Part shown: one piece after another, positions 1 to 10,700 of the stretch
How the letters are laid out: every line of letters begins with the position of its first letter
Numbering within the stretch: position 1 is the stretch's first letter
Origin: Candidatus Latescibacterota bacterium
Lineage (GTDB): Bacteria > Latescibacterota > UBA2968 > UBA8231
DNA: 64,000 nucleotides
Direction of reading: 5' to 3'
Assembly (NCBI GenBank): GCA_965243025.1
Contig: CBDETY010000003.1
Span: 6,176,001 to 6,240,000, forward strand
Program-made: the position numbers and the translations under genes
The notes under the pieces: generated by a model
Database searches by the model: none
What the model was told of the DNA's origin: nothing
Seen by the model: the letters and a program-made list of their open reading frames with translations, nothing else

Positions 1-648
1 CAGCCGGACGGGCCGCCATGGAGCGAGGGACTATTCCGGCCTGCGACTCCCGACAGCTTGTTCATGCGGGACAGTTCGGTTCACACCGGGTTCATCGATA
101 CCCGTTTCGGAGGTATTGGAGGGCTGAACTTCGACAACGCCCTGCTCTGGATTCGCAACAGTCAAGCCGAGATTCCCGGTTTCGAAGAAGGGGATCCCCT
201 TGTGCAGCCTGAGGACGTGCGCTCCAAGATCGCCTTGGTCAACAAGGCCGATTACACCCGGCGCCTCGGCAGTTGGGAACTGATCGGCAAGTTCAAGCAC
301 CGCTTGCGGCATGAGAGCCTCGAAACGGAAGAAGGTGCGCGCGTGAACCAGTCGGAATTCATCCCGATCGCGACGGCGGAGTATTCGCTCACCGCAGGCA
401 CGCAGTTTCTGTTCGGTGCTCAAGGTATTCCATTTGTCCCTTACAAGATGTGGAATCGCGCCGACGAGAACGGGTCGTTTACGCAGACCGACTACCTCGC
501 GATGGTAAAAATAACCGCCGAATACTTCGGAATCAGCGGCAACAACCTTTTCATGGGATACCAGCGAACCAATCGCAAATTCGACAAGTTCAGCGACCGC
601 GATTTCAAATCCACCACCCTTTTCGTCGAACTCGTCTCTCCATTCTAG
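1..648 (+). CDS. C-terminal part of a large putative outer-membrane beta-barrel protein (5'-truncated by window edge); paralog of 4738-7650
   Basis: Frame 1 is open from base 1. Aligns by eye to the C-terminus of 4738-7650 (MRDS/MRNS, LNF.N.L.W.RNSQ, VNKADY, FKH, QG.PF). Amphipathic strands, terminal Phe. Confidence 0.75.
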   Translation, partial: QPDGPPWSEGLFRPATPDSLFMRDSSVHTGFIDTRFGGIGGLNFDNALLWIRNSQAEIPGFEEGDPLVQPEDVRSKIALVNKADYTRRLGSWELIGKFKHRLRHESLETEEGARVNQSEFIPIATAEYSLTAGTQFLFGAQGIPFVPYKMWNRADENGSFTQTDYLAMVKITAEYFGISGNNLFMGYQRTNRKFDKFSDRDFKSTTLFVELVSPF

Positions 649-664
649 GTCCTACGGTTTCATC

Positions 665-1414
665 ATGCGGATAACACAGATTCTCCTTTTCACGGTTGGC
701 CTGGGAACGCTGATCGTTGCGGGGTGCACCCCGATCGGCAAACTGGAATACCTGGTCGACGCCAGGCCGATTCTCAGTCCTTCCGACGGTGATTACCATA
801 TCGACCCGATCGACAGTTCGGTGGTGTGGACCCAGGAAGGAATCTCCGTCAAGGTAAAGTTCTACAACGATCAGATGCTCGACGCGGTGTACGATCCCAG
901 GACGAGCCCGTACACCCTGACCCCGTGGATCCATCCGGAGCACGGCTACACCCCGCCGCTCTGGACGGTTTTCGACATCACCGTAATCAACCAGACCCGG
1001 GACCGCGTCGAGCTCGATCCCACCAACGCGGTAATTCTGCTCGACAACGGCCGCCGCTTCTTCTGCCGCCAGGGGGTGGGTGTCTGGTACGACCCGACCG
1101 AGTACTACGACTATTCCTACGTGAAGTGGGGAGGGCGGGACGGCGTGACCCACTACCATGCCTCTTTTGACCGCAACGATGTCTGGGGAAAATCGGAATA
1201 CAGGCGGGAGAAGCCTGTAAGGAAGGGACGGACGTACAACGGAAAATTGACGTTTCCTCCACTACCGCCCGAAACAAAGAGCTTCACCCTGCGCATAGAC
1301 CAGTTTATCCTGGCCTTCGACAAGTTCGCGGTCGGATGGGGAAATCCGGTCGAGTTTACGGATATGGCCTTTCGCTTCGATGTCAGCCAGGGCGTACGTG
1401 AAATCGTCGAGTGA
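665..1414 (+). CDS. Putative lipoprotein, unknown function; paralog of 12644-13414
   Basis: Lipobox LIVAG-C; shared blocks DSS.V...EG..VKV, GY.PP..TVF..TV.N.T...VE.DP..AV.L.D.G. Confidence 0.75.
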   Translation: MRITQILLFTVGLGTLIVAGCTPIGKLEYLVDARPILSPSDGDYHIDPIDSSVVWTQEGISVKVKFYNDQMLDAVYDPRTSPYTLTPWIHPEHGYTPPLWTVFDITVINQTRDRVELDPTNAVILLDNGRRFFCRQGVGVWYDPTEYYDYSYVKWGGRDGVTHYHASFDRNDVWGKSEYRREKPVRKGRTYNGKLTFPPLPPETKSFTLRIDQFILAFDKFAVGWGNPVEFTDMAFRFDVSQGVREIVE

Positions 1415-1440
1415 GGTTAGGAGTTCGAGAGGGAATTGAG

Positions 1441-2106
1441 ATGCATTTGAGAGTTGTTGCTCCGACATGCCTTGTTGCGCTCGTTGCGTTGTCCTGCGGG
1501 TCTTTGAAGTACGAGCTTCTGAAGGATACATCCCTTCCCAACCCGCCATCCAAGCCGGTAAAGATCTACATCACCGGTTTTCCGGTCACCAGCAAGGCGA
1601 ACATCGTCGACCCCAAGGCGGCAGTGGGCTCGGGCCCCGGCGGATATTCGGGGGGCAACGCTGCAGCTGCGACGAACGAGTTGGCCTCGGTGGGAAACTA
1701 CCTTGCAGTCATATCCCGTCCGACCCGCATTGAGGATCTGTCGGGAGCGATCTTGCGCGAGTTGCGCAAATCCGACGTAAGGGTATTCACCGATCTCGAA
1801 ATGATCTCGGGAATGGACGCTGTAAGGACGATCGGCAATCCCTTCGAACTGGTAGCCGGTTCCGAGGAAGCGGACCTGGAGATCGAGGGCAACGTATTGC
1901 TGATGAGCGAGAGGGTTTCGAAGAAGTTTTCACAGAATACCACGAGTGTGGAAGTGCAGATCACCGTCCGCGACGTTTCTACCGACGCAGTCAGTGGCAA
2001 GAAGCCGCTGAGGGCGGGCATTCAGATGGTGTTCAACTCGCGTGAGCTCGAGGAAGCCATGGCTGTTGCGGCGATCACGGGCATGACCCAAAAAATCCTT
2101 TTTTGA
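1441..2106 (+). CDS. Putative lipoprotein (possible CsgG/LpoB/TolB-N-like alpha/beta fold)
   Basis: ATG at 1441 after GAGGG; lipobox VALS-C; fold guess from ADLEIEGNV...VEVQITVRDVST is weak. Confidence 0.6.
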   Translation: MHLRVVAPTCLVALVALSCGSLKYELLKDTSLPNPPSKPVKIYITGFPVTSKANIVDPKAAVGSGPGGYSGGNAAAATNELASVGNYLAVISRPTRIEDLSGAILRELRKSDVRVFTDLEMISGMDAVRTIGNPFELVAGSEEADLEIEGNVLLMSERVSKKFSQNTTSVEVQITVRDVSTDAVSGKKPLRAGIQMVFNSRELEEAMAVAAITGMTQKILF

Positions 2107-3761
2107 TCTGGGTTGGGGCATGGCTCATGGCGGCATGGCTGGGCAGCGGTTCCGCGGATGCGGACCTGCTTACGTGGATAGCGGATGACGCTGGGGATTT
2201 TTCTGGTGCGCAAAGCGATGGGGCCCGGATTCACCCTGACAGCCTGGTGATCCTCGCAGCCGTCAAGGATGAGACGAACTTGGCGTTTGGCCAGATTGCA
2301 GTCGACGAATATGACAAAACGGTTCCGTTGACCGATGGCGACACCTCGCTCAGCAGCGAATGGATTTCAGGTACCCCCAATGTCTTCGGGCGTTTTTTCA
2401 CCGTGGATCTGGGAGTCGACAGGGCCATTACCCGGGTGAAGACAAGGGCAGGAGCCACGGCGTTGAGTCAACCGGAATATTTCGTTCGCGGTTACCGCAT
2501 TGAGGCGGCCCGGGCGGCCACTCCGCAGATATGGCACTCGCTGGCGGAGGAAAGGGACAACAGAATCCTGAATTTCGATACGGAAGAGGATTCGACCTGG
2601 GCCGTTTTTGACGTAGATGGATCCCCCGCTCCCGTCATTGGTCGTTTCGTCCGGCTGACGGTGATCCGGCAGGACCGCAGCAACTGGATCACCCTGGGAG
2701 AGATCGAAGTTTTCGGCACCGGCTACACCAGCAGGGGGTGGTTGGAAGACGTGCTGACGAGCGACTCCGAAGTCAATGTCGGCCGGGTTCGATGGCGAGG
2801 GGGGACCCCTGAAAGCACCGCAATGGACCTCCGTTTCGGCCTCGCGGATGATTCATTGACAGGTGCAGTCCCGGCTCAGGCCCGGGAGACCCTGTTCCAG
2901 GGTTCGGAACCGACCCCGGCTGTTCGCTACCGCGTGGACCTGAGCAGTACGTCGCCGTTTTCCACTCCATCCCTGAGCCGTATCGAAGTGGAGTACGACC
3001 CCGTGCTCGTCGCGCGCCGGGTTTCCGGACGTGCGGAACCTGCGGTCGTAACCAAAGGTTCGCGTTCCACTTTCACGTACACGGTTGATCTTGAAATCCA
3101 GGACGGAGACCGGGGAGCGGATTGGCTGCTGATCGAAGGCGTCACTCTCGATATCGCTGAAGTGCGCGTGGACGGCCGCTCGCTGGACCGGGATTTGTCG
3201 CTGGAGTCGGGGTTCAGGTGGAACCTCACCGGGGACAAGGAAGGAAGTATCGTCGAGTTCGCACCATCGGAACGGCTTTCACGGGCATCGACAGTCGAAA
3301 TCGAGGCCACCGCCCTGTTCTTGAGAGACCAGACTACACTGAAGGTTGCGGCCGCAAGCCGGGAACAGGCAGACCGCGATGGCTACGTAAACTGGCAGAA
3401 CGGCGGGGAGAGCCCATTCGGGACATGGACCGTCGAGGCAACCGGAGCACCGCCGAAGCTGGTCGGGAAGGTCGAAGTTACGCCGGAGCCGTTTTCTCCG
3501 TACGCGGAAGGTGTCGCCAGTTTCAGGTTTGTCATCGGCAACATCAGGGAGTCGGCCGACGTCGTAGTCGAGCTTTTCACCCTGGACGGCCGCCGGGTGA
3601 AAAGACTGGTCGAACACGGACGCTCGCGGGAATACGAAATCGAGTGGGACGGGCGCGACAGCGACGGCCGCATTCTCCAACCCGGTTTGTACCTGTACCA
3701 AGTGAGGGTTGCCGGGGTTGCCGGCGGAGCCCGCCGGGGAACGATTGCCCTGGCGTACTGA
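2103..3761 (+). CDS. Secreted protein with discoidin (F5/8 type C)-like domain and C-terminal FlgD-Ig / T9SS-CTD-like domain
   Basis: Signal peptide; FTVDLG...ITRV...GYRIE...GRFVRL...LGEIEVFG; C-terminal PFSP...FTLDGRRVKRL...WDGRD..G..LQPGLYLYQV. Overlaps the upstream stop. Confidence 0.75.
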   Translation: MIWVGAWLMAAWLGSGSADADLLTWIADDAGDFSGAQSDGARIHPDSLVILAAVKDETNLAFGQIAVDEYDKTVPLTDGDTSLSSEWISGTPNVFGRFFTVDLGVDRAITRVKTRAGATALSQPEYFVRGYRIEAARAATPQIWHSLAEERDNRILNFDTEEDSTWAVFDVDGSPAPVIGRFVRLTVIRQDRSNWITLGEIEVFGTGYTSRGWLEDVLTSDSEVNVGRVRWRGGTPESTAMDLRFGLADDSLTGAVPAQARETLFQGSEPTPAVRYRVDLSSTSPFSTPSLSRIEVEYDPVLVARRVSGRAEPAVVTKGSRSTFTYTVDLEIQDGDRGADWLLIEGVTLDIAEVRVDGRSLDRDLSLESGFRWNLTGDKEGSIVEFAPSERLSRASTVEIEATALFLRDQTTLKVAAASREQADRDGYVNWQNGGESPFGTWTVEATGAPPKLVGKVEVTPEPFSPYAEGVASFRFVIGNIRESADVVVELFTLDGRRVKRLVEHGRSREYEIEWDGRDSDGRILQPGLYLYQVRVAGVAGGARRGTIALAY

Positions 3762-3770
3762 TGGGTCGAT

Positions 3771-4670
3771 GTGCCCGACCGATACTCGATTCTGTCCTGG
3801 AGTGGGGTAATATGTGCAGCAGTGCTGACATGTTCGTCGCCGATTCACTCCGCTTTCGAGCTCACCGGAACGGGAGCGAGGGCTTCTGCCCTGGGAGGGG
3901 CCCAGACTGCGGCGACAGGTACAGCCGACGGAATCTGGTTCAATCCCGCCTCCAACGCCCTGCGGGAAACCTGGCAGATCGGGACTGCGCACGCCCTTCT
4001 GTACCCCGGTCTGGACAAACCTCCGACTCTACACGGGCTGACGGCGGCCATACCGCTTTCGGGGCGGCTGGGCAAGAACAGGGTTCAGGTCGGGATGTCT
4101 TTCCTGAGCGCCAGGAACTGGGACGAGCAGGTGACCGCTCTGGGACTCAGCCGTCCACTCCACCCGCGCATGGCGGTCGGGCTGGCACTGCGGTCGAGTG
4201 CCTGGAGTACGGTGGGTCTGTCGCACCGCGCCTGGGATATGAACGTCGGCGCCACCTACGAAGTCGGGTGGGTTCATCCCGAAGCATATCTGCGCCTCGC
4301 AGGGGTGATGGAAAACCTCCGCGGTTCCAATCGGTCCTCTTCCGGGAAGAAGGCGGGACGTTCGCAGCGAAAGTTCACGGTCGGCGCCAGTCTCGAGTTG
4401 CAGGGGTCTGTTTTCTACCTCGACTGGGAGAACGTGGACGACCGGTTCGAGACGCGTTTCGGGCTGGACTCGGGCAGTGGGCCGGGCGGCGACCTTCGTA
4501 TTCGGGCCGGAGCCAGTGCGGTTTCCTTTCCCTGGGCAGGAAAGGAAGTAACCGCCGGCCTGGGCCATCGGAGTGGACGTTGGAACTACGACTATGCGTA
4601 CGCCTATCCCCTCGAAGCAACGGGTCTTGGGGGGATTCATCGCTTCAGCCTGGCCTACGAGGCGGATTGA
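3771..4670 (+). CDS. PorV/PorQ (FadL-like) family outer-membrane protein
   Basis: Signature GARASALGGA.TA....A.GIWFNPA after a signal peptide; C-terminal DYAY......LGGIHRFSL.Y. Confidence 0.75.
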   Translation: MPDRYSILSWSGVICAAVLTCSSPIHSAFELTGTGARASALGGAQTAATGTADGIWFNPASNALRETWQIGTAHALLYPGLDKPPTLHGLTAAIPLSGRLGKNRVQVGMSFLSARNWDEQVTALGLSRPLHPRMAVGLALRSSAWSTVGLSHRAWDMNVGATYEVGWVHPEAYLRLAGVMENLRGSNRSSSGKKAGRSQRKFTVGASLELQGSVFYLDWENVDDRFETRFGLDSGSGPGGDLRIRAGASAVSFPWAGKEVTAGLGHRSGRWNYDYAYAYPLEATGLGGIHRFSLAYEAD

Positions 4671-4737
4671 AACAGGAAAGCCGATGCCCTTGCGGTTCGC
4701 ACCGGCATCACACAGCCGATACGATGAGGATTCTGAC

Positions 4738-7650
4738 ATGATATTTTCGAGATCACACCTGGGCCTGCCGGCGATCATCGCGCTGCTTGCTGCGGCAATC
4801 ATCTCGTCCGACGCCGATGCCCAGACCCACCTGCGGAATCGGGCGTTCCTGAACCTTGGAGCCACGGAAGGTTACCTGAACTACGGCCGCAAGGAATACG
4901 ATCCCTATCCGGCGGTAATCAACGCCCGAAACCGGTACGACCGCCTCGGAAACTTTCTGTCCCGCGGTTACAAGGTGTTCACCTGGGAGTTCGAGCGTCC
5001 CGGCTTCAGCGAGATTACCACGCGAACCGCCCAGTACCTCGGGTGGTTCAACAACATGCTGATTCTCTCGGACTCGTACCGGGGCTGGGATTACCGGGTT
5101 ACCATGGGCGAGGACATTCGCACCAAGCTCACCGACCTCACCTACTCGAACCCGCGTTACTTCGGCATACAGTTCGACGGCGCCTCATCGGACAACAAGT
5201 TCACCCTGATGCTCAGCCAGGGCGACGACCTGCTGAATATCCCGAAGTTCTCTCATTTCTCGTCGACAAAGGAACAGTCGTCCGTCCTCGTCTTCGGAGC
5301 CCACTGGGAAACGAGGCTCGGCAGCATGCTTCGCCTCGGGACCACCTACTTCAACCAGCATATGGCGAACGTGACCGCCGCGGACGGTTCCTTCATCAAG
5401 GGCGACACTCCGTACAACATGCTCCCTCCGAACTTCATCGACGTAATTATCGAAGATGATTCACCGGACGAGCCCGGAATAACAGCAACGGTATACGACG
5501 TGAACATTGTAGTGCGGGGCTCTCGCCAGGGAGAGCCGATCGCGATGAGCTGCTGCGGACCCGAAGCGAATCCCGAAATCAGCCGTACGGTAAACGGCGG
5601 AATCACCGTGGCCGACGATGGTCTCCAGGTGGGCGGCCACGGCGACCGGGTCATCTACACATTCCAGCTTCCCGCCTATGATCTCGCCCCTCCGGACCAG
5701 TTCGCAGCAGACGCGGAGTCCGTGCTGCCCGGCCTGACGATCGAGTCAGTGCGGTTTTCAGCGGACGTCGCCGGAGACTACCGGATCTCGGTGCGGCAAA
5801 GGCATCTCTTCTTCGATGAAGGAGTGTACAACAAGAACATCGAGAAGGAGTACCTTCCCGGGAACGACAGGTACGTAAACCCTTACACCGGTTTGCAGGG
5901 GGAGGATGCGTCGAAGACGGTTCAGGAGCTGCTCGACGAGGGAGTGGACGTGTTCAGGAAGTGGCCTGTCGAACCCGACCCCACAATCGCAGCCGTGAAC
6001 CCTTTCATGCAGTACGCATGGGACCTGGAGGATCCCACCTCCATCTCCTACACCGTGCTGCGGTCGGATGGCAAAAACGACGGTGTCGACAATCGCAAAG
6101 TCGTGTCCTTCAACTACGGTATTCCGACGGGACAGGGGTTGTACGGCGCAGACTTCGACCTCACCTTCAAGAATACCAAGATCAAGGGAGAGATCGTAAC
6201 CAACCCGCAGTACTTCATCTTTCCTGTCGGCGTCAACGGCGGCAAAAGGGACGCCAAACGGCGCTGGGCCTATTTCATCAATGCCCAGCGAAAGCTCGGC
6301 TCCGTCGAGTTGGGCGGTGAGTTTTTCCGATTGGATCCCGACTACAGCGGCAACTACGACAGCCGTCGGGGCGGCATCCCCTTCTTCACGGACAAGTGCA
6401 TCACCTGTCCCCAGATGCAGGAGATGAACGTCATGACCGACAACGACGACAACGACCAGTGGCCGGACGAGTTCAACAACGAAAAGCCGAGCGCCGAGAA
6501 GTCCGACTCGGGTGTGTTCCCCGGCCTGGACGAAAACCAGGATCTGGTCCCGGACAGCGACCAGAACTTCAACGGCATCCCCGACTGGACCGAGCCGATC
6601 CTGTTCTACGACGCGGACCCGCCCGAATTCGTCTACGGCATTGACTTCAACAACAACGGGTATGTCGATTTCCGGGAGAATGACGCCTATCCGGACTATC
6701 CGTACCGCCGCGACCGCCGCGGTTGGCACGCGGTGGCGACCAAGGACGGCCTCGGACGCTGGGGCAAGTGGATATCCCTGGGATACTACAGCATGGAGGA
6801 GGAAGCCGGAGGCGGCGAGGCGTCGGCGGTCTACGGCCGCTACCACCACCGTTTCATCTCTCCTTACTTCGGGCGGCTCGAGATCAACGACGACCTCAAG
6901 TTCGTCAAGGACGACATCCCGGACGACGTCTACATATGGGAGGATGTCGGTTTCAACGAGAGAGTTGCCAGCCCGTATCCCCACCTGACCGGGAAGAACA
7001 TCGAACTTCGCGATCTCAATACCCAGTTGCTGCCGCCGGACAAGGATCCGCTGGCGATGCGCAACAGTATGGTCAACACCCTGTTCATCGAATCCGAACT
7101 CAAGGTCGTGTCGGCGCTGAACTTCGTGAACAACCTCCAGTGGGTGCGCAACAGCCAGAGAGAGGATGAATTCGGCGGCGGCCTTTTGCAGTCGGAGAGC
7201 CTCGAATCTACCATCACCATGGTCAACAAGGCCGACTACGACATTCCACTGGGGAATCTCAAAATCAAGCCGATGTTCAAGCATCTGCTGCTGTGGAAAA
7301 ATTCGCAGCGCCAGGAAGACCAGACCGGAGACGGCCGCCTGGCCTCGATCTCGAAGTGGTCGCCGATCATGCGCATCCGGTACGAGTTGACGAACAAGAC
7401 GAACCTGCAGCTCGGATTCCAGGGCTTTCCATTCTTCCGCTACCACGAAACCAACCGGGTCGACGATCTGCGAACTTTCAGGGAGTGGACGCTGGTCCTG
7501 ATGATGAGCAACCGCTCCGACCACTACGGCTACGCGATCTCGACCCAGTTCGGCCTGATAAAGACCGATCGCGTGTACGAAGAAGAGGTCAAACAGGGCG
7601 ACAACTTCAACTCGTCGAAGATGTTCTTCGATGTCGTGGCGGGGTTTTAG
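4738..7650 (+). CDS. Large exported / outer-membrane protein (~970 aa) with acidic Ca-binding-like repeats
   Basis: ATG 4738 after GAGGA; signal peptide ending ADA; DxDxN-type motifs (DNDDNDQWPD, GLDENQDLVPD, DQNFNGIPD, DFNNNGYVD); ends FFDVVAGF. Confidence 0.75.
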   Translation: MIFSRSHLGLPAIIALLAAAIISSDADAQTHLRNRAFLNLGATEGYLNYGRKEYDPYPAVINARNRYDRLGNFLSRGYKVFTWEFERPGFSEITTRTAQYLGWFNNMLILSDSYRGWDYRVTMGEDIRTKLTDLTYSNPRYFGIQFDGASSDNKFTLMLSQGDDLLNIPKFSHFSSTKEQSSVLVFGAHWETRLGSMLRLGTTYFNQHMANVTAADGSFIKGDTPYNMLPPNFIDVIIEDDSPDEPGITATVYDVNIVVRGSRQGEPIAMSCCGPEANPEISRTVNGGITVADDGLQVGGHGDRVIYTFQLPAYDLAPPDQFAADAESVLPGLTIESVRFSADVAGDYRISVRQRHLFFDEGVYNKNIEKEYLPGNDRYVNPYTGLQGEDASKTVQELLDEGVDVFRKWPVEPDPTIAAVNPFMQYAWDLEDPTSISYTVLRSDGKNDGVDNRKVVSFNYGIPTGQGLYGADFDLTFKNTKIKGEIVTNPQYFIFPVGVNGGKRDAKRRWAYFINAQRKLGSVELGGEFFRLDPDYSGNYDSRRGGIPFFTDKCITCPQMQEMNVMTDNDDNDQWPDEFNNEKPSAEKSDSGVFPGLDENQDLVPDSDQNFNGIPDWTEPILFYDADPPEFVYGIDFNNNGYVDFRENDAYPDYPYRRDRRGWHAVATKDGLGRWGKWISLGYYSMEEEAGGGEASAVYGRYHHRFISPYFGRLEINDDLKFVKDDIPDDVYIWEDVGFNERVASPYPHLTGKNIELRDLNTQLLPPDKDPLAMRNSMVNTLFIESELKVVSALNFVNNLQWVRNSQREDEFGGGLLQSESLESTITMVNKADYDIPLGNLKIKPMFKHLLLWKNSQRQEDQTGDGRLASISKWSPIMRIRYELTNKTNLQLGFQGFPFFRYHETNRVDDLRTFREWTLVLMMSNRSDHYGYAISTQFGLIKTDRVYEEEVKQGDNFNSSKMFFDVVAGF

Positions 7651-7714
7651 TCCGGAAGGACACTTGGCGCAGGAAACGAACGGAAGGAAATCTAAAGGGT
7701 AAAGGCAGCCGGAC

Positions 7715-10700
7715 ATGCTATTTGGACTCCTCATCGTCGCTGCTCTCGGTACGACCGTCACCCTGAGCAACCGATTCTTCTCGCCCGCCGAGCTGCAGGA
7801 CAGTTTCGAGAAGGGCCAGAAACTCTACGCTCTGGGTGATTTCGAGAAGGCGATAAAACGCTACATGTCGGTCCTGGAAACCGAGAGCAACGCCACGATC
7901 GACGTCGAACAAGTGGATGTAACCGTCGGCGAGTTCATCCTCCCGGTACGGGTGGCGGCGACCTACCAGCTCGCCAACACGTACAACAAACTCGGTCTGG
8001 AGAAGCTGCAGCGATCCAAGTTCCTTGAAACCGAAGGCAAGGAAGCGGAGTCGAGGCAGCGCTACGGGGAAGCTCGCGACGACCTGGGAAAAAGCCTGGA
8101 GTACTTCGACCGCCTTTTGACCGACCCGAATGTCGAAGAGCGTACCCGGGTGATGGCACAGTACCAGATCCTCGAGACAAACTACGAACTCGAGGATTTC
8201 GACCAGGTCATCATCGAGGCGAACAACCTGATCGAAAACTTCCCCAACAGCCTCTATGAAACCGCCGCCTACTACGATCTGGGATGGGCAAACTACGAGC
8301 AGGCGAATTACCGCGAGGCGATCGAAAACTTCGAGGAGGTCCTCACCCTGGCCCCGAGAGGCTCCCGCTCGGACCGCGCCCTTTTCCAGATCGCCGAATC
8401 GTACGGCAGCCTCGAAGATCACGACCGCGCCCTGATCTATCTCGACCGTCTGATCGACCGCTACGACTTCGACGCGATGACCGAAGAAGAGCTGATCGAG
8501 ATGACCACCCTGAAGATAAAGGGTCTGGTCGAGGAGACGGCGCGTGAGCTGGTTGCCAAGGCGCAGCTGAAAAAGGGGGATATCTTCGCGGGCAGGGGAA
8601 TGGTCGACGAAGCCCTTTCCGCATATGAAGTCGTACCCGAGCGCTACTCCGCCGAGTCAGTCCTCGTCGAGAATTCCCATTACAAGGTGGCGGAGCTGAT
8701 TCACGAAACCCGTGGTCTCGATGCCGCGATCTCATCCTACAAGTCGGCGATAACCAGCGTCGAGTCGCGGCGTTTCCAGGCGAAAACCCAGCTCACCGTG
8801 GCGAGGCTTCTGTTCGACGCAGGTCGCTACGAACAGGCTGCGGAGGAATACCGGGTCTACCTGAGTGCATACCCCGACCAGGCGGCGCGTCTGGGCTTCC
8901 AGGAAGACAAGGTGCTTCTGCGGCTGGCGAACTGTTTTCAGTTCGATGGTCAGGACAGGAAGGCGGAGGACCCGGCCGGTTCGTCCAGTTCACTCGATCA
9001 GGCGGCGTCGTACTACCGCCGTCTGCTGGAGGAATTCCCCGACAGCCCGTTGGTTCAGGACGCGGTGTTCGGACTTGGTTTCACCCACCAGCTGCAGGGC
9101 GACAATGAAGGGGCGCGACAGAATTTCGATCAGCTGGCAGTGAGACATCCAGACCACCCGGCCGCTCCCAACGCGTTGCTGCAGCTCGCCAGAATCGCGT
9201 ATGAACTCGAGGACATGGACGAAGCCAGAAGCAAGTATCTCGCCTTCCTCGAACGGTACGGTTCCTCCGACCTGGTAAACAGCGTTCACATGGAGCTCGG
9301 ACTGACATACGAACGAATCGGCGACTACCCGGCAGCTATCGCCTCTTTCAACAACATCGAGGAGAGCTGGGAGCAGTGGTCGAAGGTCCAGGTCAAGGCA
9401 GCCGAGCTCCACATGGCCAGGCAGGAGTACGACGCGGCGGAAGCGGTTCTCGCCAAGGCGATGGCTCGCGTCGAGGATCCGCACCTCAGCAGTCAACTGC
9501 ACTACATGGCGGGACGGATCAACTTCGTTCAGGGAGAGTACGTCGAGGCGATCGAAGAGCTCAGAAAAACCCTGGAGCTTTCTGCTTCTGACGACATAAT
9601 CGAAAGCGCCCTGCTCGCCAGGGGAAGCGCCCACTACGAGCTCGCCAAGGCCCGCGACGCCGCCAGCCGGACGCTTCCTGCCCGGGCTTCCTACGAGGCC
9701 TCCCTGGAGGACATGCAAGCGCTGCTCGAGCGCGACCCCGATCCCTACATCAAGGACAGTGCCTACCGCACTCTCGGGGCGAGCATGATCAGCCTCGGAA
9801 GGGTGGGAGAAGCGGCCCAGTACTACGATCAGCTCATTGCAGCTACCGCCGACGTGCAGGAGCAGGCGACCTTCCGCATGCTGCTCACCGAGCTGTTGTT
9901 CGAGAACCAGGATTTCCAACGCGCCAAGGACAATGCCCAGGGACTCCTCGACCTCGATTTTCAGGACGACAACGAGGCCGGCTACTATCGAAAAGAGCGC
10001 GCTTACTCGATCATCGGCAACGCCCTTCTTCAGGAAGGCCGGTACAAGGAAGCAAGTGGGGTATTCGCCGAGGGACTGCGTAAATACCCAAACTCCGGAG
10101 AGAGCGCAAACATGGCCTTTTCCGGGGCCTTTGCCCAATTCAGCGGGCAGGAATACCAGGCCGCGGCAAAGAGGTTCAAACGCTATGTCGATCGTTTTCC
10201 GAACGACCGCAACGCTGTGCACGGCCGCTACTACCTGGCCCACAGCTACCAGGCGCTGACCCGGTTCGAGCAGGCCGCAAAGGAGTTTTCCGCACTCGTC
10301 GACAAGTTTCCCGGATCGCTGTACGAGGAAGAAGCCCTCTACCTCATCGGCGAGAACTATTACAACGAACAGGATTTCGCCAATGCGGCGAAGGCCTACC
10401 TCGTCCTTTTGAAACGCTACTTCGGGGAATACAGCGACGAAGCACAGTACGCGCTGGCATGGGCGTACTTCGAGCAGGAGGAGATGGAGGAGGGGGTGTT
10501 GGCGATGGAGGAACTGGTCCGCCGGTTCCCCGATAGTGAATACGCCTCGAAAGCGCAATTCACGATTGGCGATTTCTACTACAACGTGCGCAACTACGAC
10601 CGGGCCCGCGACGCCTACACCCTTCTCGTGGAAAACTACTCCGAGTCGGAAGAGGCGGTGCGTGCCGAACGCCTCATCGGCGAACTCAGCGAGATCCAGG

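Noticed and set aside
6397-6411. CITCP as a heme c binding motif
   Set aside because: No His after CxxC; more likely a disulfide or metal site.
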